Part shown: positions 37,753 through 46,990 of the stretch, one piece after another
Layout of the letters: the number at the start of each line of letters is the position of its first letter
How positions within the stretch are numbered: the stretch's first letter is position 1
Assembly: GCA_040220235.1 (NCBI GenBank)
Contig: JAVJTO010000118.1
Length of the DNA stretch: 64,000 bases
DNA from: Coleofasciculus sp. B1-GNL1-01
GTDB taxonomy: Bacteria > Cyanobacteriota > Cyanobacteriia > Cyanobacteriales > Coleofasciculaceae
Strand: one strand, 5' to 3'
Made by a program: the position numbers and the translations under genes
Notes under the pieces: model-generated
Database searches by the model: none
The model's input: the letters and a program-made list of their open reading frames with translations, nothing else
Told to the model about the DNA's origin: nothing

Positions 37753-38979
37753 ATGGTAATCAACAGTTCAGAACAGCTTCAAGACGCTGTTAAAGCACTC
37801 CGCCCAATTTTTGAAGAGATTGACATCAACGTCAAGCAAAATCTGAAAAAAGTCCTGACGGCTTTTCGTAATTATCGCGTTGGGGTGCATCACTTTGCTG
37901 GAGTGAGTGGTTATGGTCATGATGATTTAGGTCGGCAAACCTTAGACCAAGTATTTGCAGAAGTTATGGGTGCTGAAGCAGCAGCCGTGCGAGTTCAATT
38001 GGTTTCTGGAACTCATGCGATCGCCTGTTGCTTGTTTGGGGTGTTGCGTCCTGGTGACGAGATGGTATCTGTGGTGGGTGCGCCTTACGATACCTTGGAA
38101 GAAGTGATTGGTGTTCGGGGTCAAGGTCAAGGATCATTACAGGAGTTTGGTATTGATTATCGTCAGTTAGAATTAACCGCTGATGGAACCATTGATTGGC
38201 AGGCGTTAAAAACAGCAATTGGACAACGGACGCGCCTCGTCTTAATTCAGCGGTCTTGTGGTTATTCTTGGCGTCCTAGTCTCTCTATAGCGGATATCGA
38301 AAAAATTGTCCAATGCGTTAAACAGCAAAACCCGAATACAATTTGTTTTGTCGATAACTGTTACGGCGAGTTTATTGAAGACAAAGAACCTCCAGCCGTT
38401 GGTGTGGATTTAGTAGCGGGATCGTTGATTAAAAATCCGGGTGGCACAATTGTCACTGCTGGGGGATATATTGCCGGAAAAGCCGAGTTAGTCGAAGCCG
38501 CAACCTGTCGCTTAACCGCCCCCGGAATTGGCAGTTCGGGTGGGGCGACATTTGAACAGAATCGGTTATTATTTCAAGGACTTTTTCTCGCCCCGCAAAT
38601 GGTGGGAGAGGCAATTAAGGGAACGCATTTAACCGCTTATATCTTTGATCAGTTAGGCTATCCCGTCAATCCTCAACCCATGGCACCTCGCCGGGATGTT
38701 ATTCAGGCAATTCAGTTAGGTTCACCGGAGAAATTAATCGCCTTTTGTCGGGCGATTCAGCAATATTCTCCCATTGGTTCCTATCTCGATCCTGTACCTG
38801 CCCAAATGCCGGGATATGAGAGTCAGTTAGTTATGGCGGGAGGCACATTTATTGATGGGAGTACCTCGGAGTTTTCTGCTGATGGACCGCTGCGAGATCC
38901 TTATATTGTATTTTGTCAAGGGGGAACCCATTGGACTCATGTCGCGATCGCACTGGAAGCGGCGATAGAAGCAATATAG
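37753..38979 (+). CDS. PLP-dependent methionine gamma-lyase-like / aluminium resistance (YnbB) family protein
   Basis: GYGHDDLGR, VSGTHAI, IQRSCGY, FVDNCYGEF, GSLIKNPGG. Confidence 0.9.
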   Translation: MVINSSEQLQDAVKALRPIFEEIDINVKQNLKKVLTAFRNYRVGVHHFAGVSGYGHDDLGRQTLDQVFAEVMGAEAAAVRVQLVSGTHAIACCLFGVLRPGDEMVSVVGAPYDTLEEVIGVRGQGQGSLQEFGIDYRQLELTADGTIDWQALKTAIGQRTRLVLIQRSCGYSWRPSLSIADIEKIVQCVKQQNPNTICFVDNCYGEFIEDKEPPAVGVDLVAGSLIKNPGGTIVTAGGYIAGKAELVEAATCRLTAPGIGSSGGATFEQNRLLFQGLFLAPQMVGEAIKGTHLTAYIFDQLGYPVNPQPMAPRRDVIQAIQLGSPEKLIAFCRAIQQYSPIGSYLDPVPAQMPGYESQLVMAGGTFIDGSTSEFSADGPLRDPYIVFCQGGTHWTHVAIALEAAIEAI

Positions 38980-39070
38980 GGTGGGAGAATTCGTCAACTT
39001 GGACGCCAGGAAATAAATTTCTTATCTTTAAGCTCAAGTAAGAATGGAGCTTACTGGATAAAACTTTGAA

Positions 39071-39169
39071 CGGAGCATCCCAATTTGGCGCGTTGGCTCT
39101 TTGAATGGGGCTGAAACCATTGCAATTGCGTTACTTTAGGTAATGCTTTGTCCAAAAGGGGATGCTCCC
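39071..39169. mobile_element. 99-bp MITE with an 8-bp target duplication
   Basis: Ends (C)GGAGCATCCC ... GGGATGCTCC(C); ACTTTGAA flanks at 39063-39070 and 39170-39177. Confidence 0.75.
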
Positions 39170-39233
39170 ACTTTGAACCCGTTTTAACGGGTTTTAGCTT
39201 TAAGCCAGAACTTTAGTTCTAGGCTTAAGGAGC

Positions 39234-40859
39234 TTACATCGAAGACAAAGGTAAACGCCCTGCCAAAAGCGCTTTCGTGGCAGATTCTCCAGCTAGGCGC
39301 AACTGTCGCCTTAACTGCCAATTCAACCCACCCAAGGTAATCACTTGAATCAGAAAGGCTTGCAACACCAATCCCACAGATGCATGGCGCATCACATAAT
39401 CCCAAGGAAATGCTGTAAATAGCCATAACCCGCCCCAGTTTGTTCCGGGAAAAATCGATAACACACTCAACACAGTTGGTGGTAAAACAATCGCTGCGAC
39501 AACTATTCCAGTTGCCCAGATTCCCCGCTTGGGCGTTTTCATCAACAGCATCAACTGCGCGATCGCGCTATAGATTAAAATCATACTCAGGCTGAGAATT
39601 AGACTGGCAAAGACTTGCAGTTTCAAGTCAATGTCCACTGAAGCTAGCCAAATCCAACCGATTAATGGGAGTGCCACAATCATACAATTCATCGCAATCG
39701 TCAATAAAGCGGGACTCTTTTCACCCCAAAGTAAATCTGCCATCAACGAAGACTTCACAGTGGAACGATTTTGATGTCGATAACGCGCCCAATCCTGTAA
39801 ACTTTGACGCTGAGGAGATAGGGCAGCGATCAACCCCAAAAACAGTACCAGATTTAATCCCAGTACGATGTAGAAGTTATCAGGAAACGGATAAGAATAT
39901 CCTGAAGTTGGCTCTTGCAGGGCAAAACCTAGGGTGAATGTTATCCAGCAAGCTGTGAGTAAATAGCTTTGGCGTTTACTCAGTAGCGTTGTACCCGGAT
40001 TCCGAAACTGCCGATTAAAGGCTTGTCCAATCCAGTATGTCCATAAACCATAGTTAAGTAGTGCCAAGACAACAATGCTAAACCCCATCATTCCTAATGG
40101 CAGGTTAAAAAATTGCCACGCTTGAATTTTTCCTAAGTGAAAGGGAAAACTTGTATAAAGTGAATTAGTTTCATCGACAAGATAAGGAAATAACACTGAT
40201 GGAGAAAACAGACTTAACCAATCGAATGAACTGTTGTTAATGGGTTTAACATTCGCCATCAACAAAAATGTAAAAACTGCCCCACTGCCTAACCACGCTT
40301 GGAACCCACTAAACCAGGAACCAAACAAGCCAAATAACAGCGCTGCACTGAAGAAAAACCCACTACTGGCGATGAGAATCACCCAGAAACTAATAATTTC
40401 TGCCAGGGGAATTTTGCCAGATAAACCTGACCACAGATGGAAAGGTAAAGCGATTGCAATTGCCAGATAAAGGAGAATGGGAACGCCTAGCAGTTTACCT
40501 AGCCAAAACTGTGATGTTGACTGAGGGCTGAGTCGGATGAAATTTAATGTACCGCGTCGTTCTTCATGACCCAGGTTAGCAATTAGCATGTAACTACCAA
40601 TAACTAAGAGGGCAAAGAAAACAACCAAACTGAGAGATATGAACATGTCGCGATAGTGATCTTGCCACCAAAGCTGTATATCCAGTTCACTCAGGTGGCG
40701 ACGAGGGTGATCGCCTGACCAAGACAAGAACAGCAGGAATTGACCGACTAAGGATATAATCAGTGCGATCGCGACATTCCGTCCCTTAAGACGACCTTTC
40801 ACTTCCCGCAATAGCTGCGGGTTCCATTCGCCAATGCGATCGATCCAAGTTAGTCGCAT
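39234..40859 (-). CDS. ABC-2-type permease-like membrane protein (paralog C)
   Basis: WNPQLLREVKGRL, EERRGTLNFIRLSPQS, GKLLGVP, WGEKSP, GESATKAL. Confidence 0.8.
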   Translation of the reverse strand: MRLTWIDRIGEWNPQLLREVKGRLKGRNVAIALIISLVGQFLLFLSWSGDHPRRHLSELDIQLWWQDHYRDMFISLSLVVFFALLVIGSYMLIANLGHEERRGTLNFIRLSPQSTSQFWLGKLLGVPILLYLAIAIALPFHLWSGLSGKIPLAEIISFWVILIASSGFFFSAALLFGLFGSWFSGFQAWLGSGAVFTFLLMANVKPINNSSFDWLSLFSPSVLFPYLVDETNSLYTSFPFHLGKIQAWQFFNLPLGMMGFSIVVLALLNYGLWTYWIGQAFNRQFRNPGTTLLSKRQSYLLTACWITFTLGFALQEPTSGYSYPFPDNFYIVLGLNLVLFLGLIAALSPQRQSLQDWARYRHQNRSTVKSSLMADLLWGEKSPALLTIAMNCMIVALPLIGWIWLASVDIDLKLQVFASLILSLSMILIYSAIAQLMLLMKTPKRGIWATGIVVAAIVLPPTVLSVLSIFPGTNWGGLWLFTAFPWDYVMRHASVGLVLQAFLIQVITLGGLNWQLRRQLRLAGESATKALLAGRLPLSSM

Positions 40860-40979
40860 AATTGAGAATCTCCTAATGGGATAAAGAGGTAAGAAGTTGT
40901 AGGTTGGGTTGAGGAACGAAACCCAACTTATCGGCTTAGCTTGAATATTGTAGGCAAACCTGACATGATTCCCTCAGCG

Positions 40980-42563
40980 TTAGTGGGCTTTCGCTGAATT
41001 AGGCAAAGCATTAGGATTGGCAAATAGCGGCTTTGACGCCGATTCACCGATACGTTTTAACTGACGAGTTAATTGCACAATTAATCCTGCCATTATCACC
41101 CATTGACCCAATAAACTAAACAAGACGGTGAAGACAGATGTCTGTTCCAAAATGATCCAAGGCGCACCAAATACTGACACAAGCCATAATCCCGGCAATT
41201 GTACTCCTGAAGTGGAGTCCACTTGTATGACAGATAAAATAAATAGAGGGACAAAAATCGTCATACTCAAGGTACTTCCTGCCCAAATCCACGGCTTTTT
41301 GCGTCGGATTATCAACATCAATTGAATGAGAAGGGCGTAAAATCCAATTAAATTAGCACACAGTAACAATCCCGCGATCGCTTTCACTTTATCATCGACA
41401 CCGACGGGAAACCGCAGTAACCATGGGAACCAGACAATTGCTGTAATTGCTAAATTTACCGCGATCGCGACAGATGAAGGACTCTTTTCACCCCAAAGCC
41501 ACTCCCGCCATGACATCTGCACATTTTTAACCGTTGAATTCTGACGTTGGAATTGCCCGTACCTTGACCAATCTAACAAACTTTGTCGTTGCGGCGAAAT
41601 TGCAAAACTAACCGCTAATAAGACAACCAAGCTAAACAGAGAAATTCCAAACAGACAGCCAAATAGTGCATCTTGGCTAGTTAAAAACTGGCGGGGAAGT
41701 GACCAAAATAATCCCAATAGCCAAACTTGAACACTTCCTACTAACCCGTAACTCTGTTGTTTACTTAATAGGGTTCCATTGGGATTGCGGAACATACGAT
41801 TAGTTGCTTGCCAAACCCAGTAGGCGCTAACGCTAATAGTGATTAGCATCCACAACTTTAGCTGTAAAGGTGTTTCACCCAGATTCCAAAGAAACCAAGA
41901 CCAATTTCCTAAATCCCTGTAGATCAAGTTTTGCCAATCAAAATGCCAATCCAGAACACCCAGAAAAGAACTCCCTAACCACGCCCCCACTAGACTAGCT
42001 GCTAACCCTTGATAGGAGGCTTGAGTTAAGGAAGCATTGAGTAATCCTACACTATAGAACAACCCACAAGTGACCGAGATTAAAGCATAAAAACTGATGA
42101 TCCAGCCTAGAGGAACCCCGGCGGCAATTCCTGCACCCAAATGTAGAGGGATAGCCAAACTTAATGCCAGGTAAACTAATATTGGTACACCGAGTATTTT
42201 TCCCCACAAAACACGCTGACTGGATTGGGGCGTGAGGCGAATAAAATTGAGCGTACCGCGCCGCTGTTCTTGCATCCAATCCGAAACCAGCAAGTAGACG
42301 CCGATAGAAAATAAAGACAGAGGCAAAATCCAATTGAGGGTTCTGAAAATCATCAGCCAGTCAAATTCCCAGACGAATTCGACACAGCGATTATTAACAT
42401 AACTCGTACAGTTTTGGCTAGAAAACGATAACAAAATTAACGCTTGAATCATTAAAGACGTTGCCACAACCAGGCATCCATTGCGGAGTTGCAACCGTCC
42501 TCGAAGTTCTCGCATCAACTGGGGATTCCAGTCACCCAGTCGGTTGATCAGTGTAGAAAACAT
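40980..42563 (-). CDS. ABC-2-type permease-like membrane protein (paralog B)
   Basis: Same motifs as paralog C; GGAGA RBS before MFSTL. Confidence 0.8.
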   Translation of the reverse strand: MFSTLINRLGDWNPQLMRELRGRLQLRNGCLVVATSLMIQALILLSFSSQNCTSYVNNRCVEFVWEFDWLMIFRTLNWILPLSLFSIGVYLLVSDWMQEQRRGTLNFIRLTPQSSQRVLWGKILGVPILVYLALSLAIPLHLGAGIAAGVPLGWIISFYALISVTCGLFYSVGLLNASLTQASYQGLAASLVGAWLGSSFLGVLDWHFDWQNLIYRDLGNWSWFLWNLGETPLQLKLWMLITISVSAYWVWQATNRMFRNPNGTLLSKQQSYGLVGSVQVWLLGLFWSLPRQFLTSQDALFGCLFGISLFSLVVLLAVSFAISPQRQSLLDWSRYGQFQRQNSTVKNVQMSWREWLWGEKSPSSVAIAVNLAITAIVWFPWLLRFPVGVDDKVKAIAGLLLCANLIGFYALLIQLMLIIRRKKPWIWAGSTLSMTIFVPLFILSVIQVDSTSGVQLPGLWLVSVFGAPWIILEQTSVFTVLFSLLGQWVIMAGLIVQLTRQLKRIGESASKPLFANPNALPNSAKAH

Positions 42564-42750
42564 GGGGAATATCTCCAAATTAACTGTTCGTTCGTAGTTG
42601 CGCTTTAGCGCCTAAAACCTTGAGTCCTAACAACAAACGCTGAAATCATACTCTCAAGTTTAACGGGTCTTTTATCAGTTTGTAGTCAGCGATGCGATCG
42701 CTTATGGCACTAAAGTGCCGACTACGAACGAAATTTACCTTGAGTTTCAT

Positions 42751-44628
42751 CTAACGACGACTTGAGGAATGTCCCGCTAACAAAGCTTGAGTCGCTGACT
42801 CACCCGCTTTATGTAATTGTCGTGTTAACTGCACCGTTAATAATCCCCAGATCAGACATTCGCTAAGTAATGCCAAAGCCATCATTGAGGTAGCCGCATA
42901 TTCAATTCCTGCCCAAGGAAAGGAAGAAAATAGCCAGGGAATAGGATTATCAGAAGGCTCAACTCCCAAAACTAACAACAGAATTGAAGGCAAGATAAGA
43001 ACAGCCCCAATCGTCCCTGTTGCCCACAGCGATCGCTTAGGTGTTTTCATCATTAAAATTAGCTGCGCTAGGGTGGCACAAATTAGAGTAATGCAGATGA
43101 AGAAAGCGACAGCTAACAAGGCTTTGAGTTTGTCGAATCCTGGTTCATTCCACAGTGAAATCCAAAGCCAAAACGGAGTTGTCGCAATCGCTAAATTAAT
43201 CCCAATGGCAACAATAGCTGGACTCTTTTCCCCCCAAATTAAATCCTGAACGATTCCCCCCTGTTTGCGATTTTTCCCTTGTTGCTGACGATAACGCGCC
43301 CAATCCTGTAACACTTGGCGATGAGAGGAAAGGGCGGCAATTAAACCCAGGAATAGCACGGCATTAAAGCAGAAAATGATCCACAGATGATCAAGGAGTG
43401 AATAAGATATATAGATATCCTGCTTTTCTTGCACGGCAAATCCTAACACTAAGATTTCCACACAAGCAACTAGCCAATAACTTTGTCGTTTACTCAAGAT
43501 AGCTGTATTGGGATTTTGAAACCGTCGCTTTAGGGCTTGCCAAATCCAACCTGTCCATAAGGCATAATTCACGAGGGCAAAACTGATCATACCTAATCCA
43601 GTCAAACCCACGGGAATGTTGAACCATTGTAGCATTTCTACTGAGGTGCTATAGTCCATAAATTCAGGGCTATAGTATTCTGTTTGATTGTAGAGATAGG
43701 GAAGAACAACATTAGGAGAAAATAGTTTCATCCAATCCAATGGAGTTTGAGTAATCCAAGTCCACTTATTGAACGCGATTAGCAGAAAGACCAAAACAGC
43801 GCCACCACCTAACCATGCCTGAAAACCGTTCAACCACGAACTCATTAACCCAAACAGTAGGGCGGCACTGTAGAAGAATGCACAACCTGCGATTAAAACA
43901 GCATAGAAACTGAAAATCTCTCCTAGGGGAATTTGAGCAGATAAGCCTAACCACAACTGCAAGGGAATGAGCAAAATCGCGGCAAGATAGAGTAAGATGG
44001 GAACGCCTAACAATTTGCCGAATAAAATACTCTGGGCAGATTGGGGACTAACGCGAATAAAATTAAGTGTGCCGCGACGTTCCTCTCCAGCTAAGTCAGC
44101 GATTAGCATATACGTCCCCACGATTAGCAGGATGAATAGGACAATTACACTTAGCCATGCAAACATTTGTCCATGTTGATATTGCCACCACAGAGGAATA
44201 TCGATGGCATCTTGTGGGCATTTGTGGACAGTTTCAATTCTTTGTAGATGGGTGATTTTTGTCTTAACGTCCGCTATACTGCCTTTGAGTTGATTAATTT
44301 TGTCCAGATCAAAGTATTCGGCGCTACTATAGCGAAATAATTGGTCTTGTAGTGAGCGATATTGCTCCTGAAGTTGGGACAGTTTGTCCTGATTAGCGAG
44401 GAAACTATCTCGTAGTTTACAAAATATCTCGGTGCTGCGAATGTAGGGGTAAGTATCAGGACCACTCAAGCGAGTCAATTGATTCAATCCATAGAGGAAC
44501 ATCGCTAGATAGCCCAGTACCGATGCGCCAACTGCGATCGCGATATTCCGCCCCTTCAATCTTCCCTTCAATTCCCGCAACAGTTGCGGGTTCCAGTCTC
44601 CTAGTTTGTCTATTCCTTTGAATAGCAT
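42751..44628 (-). CDS. ABC-2-type permease-like membrane protein (paralog A, with coiled-coil loop)
   Basis: Same motifs, plus a Cys-flanked coiled-coil loop after TM1. Confidence 0.8.
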   Translation of the reverse strand: MLFKGIDKLGDWNPQLLRELKGRLKGRNIAIAVGASVLGYLAMFLYGLNQLTRLSGPDTYPYIRSTEIFCKLRDSFLANQDKLSQLQEQYRSLQDQLFRYSSAEYFDLDKINQLKGSIADVKTKITHLQRIETVHKCPQDAIDIPLWWQYQHGQMFAWLSVIVLFILLIVGTYMLIADLAGEERRGTLNFIRVSPQSAQSILFGKLLGVPILLYLAAILLIPLQLWLGLSAQIPLGEIFSFYAVLIAGCAFFYSAALLFGLMSSWLNGFQAWLGGGAVLVFLLIAFNKWTWITQTPLDWMKLFSPNVVLPYLYNQTEYYSPEFMDYSTSVEMLQWFNIPVGLTGLGMISFALVNYALWTGWIWQALKRRFQNPNTAILSKRQSYWLVACVEILVLGFAVQEKQDIYISYSLLDHLWIIFCFNAVLFLGLIAALSSHRQVLQDWARYRQQQGKNRKQGGIVQDLIWGEKSPAIVAIGINLAIATTPFWLWISLWNEPGFDKLKALLAVAFFICITLICATLAQLILMMKTPKRSLWATGTIGAVLILPSILLLVLGVEPSDNPIPWLFSSFPWAGIEYAATSMMALALLSECLIWGLLTVQLTRQLHKAGESATQALLAGHSSSRR

Positions 44629-44698
44629 GAAAACAGTCTCCTAAATGGATCATTGGATATTTATTATTTGTCCTTTGTCTTGCGTGAAAACCTTGGTA

Positions 44699-44759
44699 AG
44701 GGCGAGTTTAGTTATATCTGGGTGATGTCAGCAACGATAATAGTAAAACCCGCCCCTAC
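44699..44759. repeat. REP/REPIN-like element
   Basis: AGGGCGAGTTT...AAACCCGCCCCTAC. Confidence 0.7.
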
Positions 44760-44774
44760 AGTTCTGAAAACGTT

Positions 44775-45761
44775 TTAAGAGACTTGCTGATGTCCTAGCT
44801 TTAAGAATATAGTTTCTAAGTCCTCTTGGGTACAGTGAAACTCAGTTAACGGAATTCCGGCTTCAACAAGCGATCGCAACAACATCGCACTCTCTTCTGG
44901 ATTCCCGGAAAAATCAACCCGTACCTGGTTCTTTCCCGGAATCGGTTCGATTTCTTGCACTAACGGATAATTTTTCAATTCAGCCGCCAATGCGTCCATA
45001 TCTCCTAAACTGGAGAGAATAATCTTCTGACGGCTAAGGCGGCGATAAAGTTCAGCGAGAGGCGCACTTTCCACCAGATAGCCGAGTTCCATAATTCCCA
45101 CCGAGGTACAGAGTTCGGCTAAGTCACTCAATACATGGGACGAAATCAGAATCGTCATCCCCGCTTCTTGTAACGTTTTAATAATTTCCCGAAACTGCAT
45201 CCGGGCGATCGGATCTAATCCGGAAACGGGTTCATCCAGTAGCAGCAGAATCGGTTCGTGAATAATCGTTCTCGCCAAACTCAGGCGCTGTTTCATCCCC
45301 CGCGACAGGGTAGCAATTAAACTTTTGCGCTTACTGGTAAGCTGTACCAGTTCCAACACTTCCCGCAAACGTCGAGTACGCCGGGGTTCTCGCAGGCGAT
45401 AGAGTCGGGAAAAATAGTCCAGATAATCCCAAACCGTTAAATCCTCGTAAACCGGGAAATCATCGGGGAGATAACCAATGCGCTGCTTGAGTTTGGGGTT
45501 GCTTTGATCTCGCAACAAGCGATCGCCATTAATATAAATTTCACCCGTCGTCGGTTCCTCAGCGGCGGCTAACATCCGGATTAGCGTCGTTTTCCCTGCG
45601 CCATTGGGACCAATCAATCCATAGACTTCACCAGCGGCGACTTGCAAATCGATATCATTGACGGCGATATGTCGGTCAAATTGCTTCGTCAATCCATGGG
45701 TAGAAATGGCTAAGTCTTGACTTAGGGGGGGTGGGGATGGGAGAAATGTTCCTGCTTCCAT
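44775..45761 (-). CDS. ABC transporter ATP-binding protein (ABC-2/DrrA-like)
   Basis: GPNGAGKTT, LSRGMKQR, LLLDEP, SSH. Confidence 0.95.
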   Translation of the reverse strand: MEAGTFLPSPPPLSQDLAISTHGLTKQFDRHIAVNDIDLQVAAGEVYGLIGPNGAGKTTLIRMLAAAEEPTTGEIYINGDRLLRDQSNPKLKQRIGYLPDDFPVYEDLTVWDYLDYFSRLYRLREPRRTRRLREVLELVQLTSKRKSLIATLSRGMKQRLSLARTIIHEPILLLLDEPVSGLDPIARMQFREIIKTLQEAGMTILISSHVLSDLAELCTSVGIMELGYLVESAPLAELYRRLSRQKIILSSLGDMDALAAELKNYPLVQEIEPIPGKNQVRVDFSGNPEESAMLLRSLVEAGIPLTEFHCTQEDLETIFLKLGHQQVS

Positions 45762-45948
45762 AGTTGATGCTGATGGGATCTAATGTTCGCCAGTTTAACC
45801 TCTTTAAAGCCAAGGTATCTCTCATCCGGTGACACTTATGCAGTTTGGGCGGGGGATTGGGGAACAGGAAAAGCGTCCCATGAGATTAGGGAACAGGGAA
45901 CAGGGAACAGTAAGAATTTGAGGCTTCTTAATATTCCTTAAATTTACT

Positions 45949-46716
45949 TCATCGATTGATATCACGCCCAATATAAATAATATCCTGTTCGTCTTCTAAT
46001 TCGCTCTCAATTCTAGAACAGGAAAATGCCACGATAATCTTGTCTCCTGTCTTAGTCTGACAAACCACTTTAGTTGTGTTGATGCCATTGCAATAAGATC
46101 CATTTTTCTGTGCCACTAAATTTGTCACCTGAGACTCATCAATAATTAAAGATAAAGATTTGCCAATTAACTCAGAATTGTTATAGCCAAATAAGGCATT
46201 AGCCGCTTTATTGACAATTTTTATCATAGATAACGAATTGGTAACGAATAAAGCATCTCCTATATATTGAATGATTTTATCAAGATATTGACTTGATGCT
46301 GCCCAAGCATCTAATAATAAGGTCGTTTCATTTGAGCGTTGAACTAAAGTCTGTTCTAAATTCATCCGCTCAGTGACATCCTCACATAAAATAATTAGTT
46401 TATTTCCTGCCTGATAGTCTTCACTGTCATTAATAATATACATATCAAAATAGAGAAGATTACCTCGTCCAGAAAATCGTCCAATTCCTTTTAAATCAAA
46501 GTTTAACTGTCGCCCCTGAAGGATATTGCTTAAAATCTCTTCAATCCCTACAAGTTCCGGGAAACTCAGACGCACATCCTTACCGAGACTTAAATCCTGA
46601 GGACGGTCGGCGAACTGAGCGATTTTATGAGATAGTTCTAAAATATTGAATGACTCATCTACGGCTAAGTATTCAATATGACGAGAAAATAATAATTTTT
46701 TAAACAGGGGGTGCAT
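45949..46716 (-). CDS. PAS-domain protein, paralog of the adenylate cyclase N-terminus
   Basis: FPELVG, EDVTERMxLEQTLVQ, DALFVT and IYIGRDI are shared with 46991-48979. Confidence 0.8.
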   Translation of the reverse strand: MHPLFKKLLFSRHIEYLAVDESFNILELSHKIAQFADRPQDLSLGKDVRLSFPELVGIEEILSNILQGRQLNFDLKGIGRFSGRGNLLYFDMYIINDSEDYQAGNKLIILCEDVTERMNLEQTLVQRSNETTLLLDAWAASSQYLDKIIQYIGDALFVTNSLSMIKIVNKAANALFGYNNSELIGKSLSLIIDESQVTNLVAQKNGSYCNGINTTKVVCQTKTGDKIIVAFSCSRIESELEDEQDIIYIGRDINR

Positions 46717-46990
46717 AGGAATTTATATTACCTAGATTGGCTAATCTCTTCAGTTTTATTTTATTCCTAATATTTTTTGGTCTCAACAATTACAGCATAA
46801 AAATCACATATAGCAATTATAAAATTTCACAGGATTAATGATTTTTCATTCATTATTCTTATCCTGCTTTTATTAATCACCGCCGTAGCTGGCTACGTCT
46901 CTACCTGATCAGCGTAGAGTTTAACAGAGCTGGAAAAAAGCAAATACCTCCTCGCTTGAGTGGGTTGATTGGCTATCCGATTATAATAAT

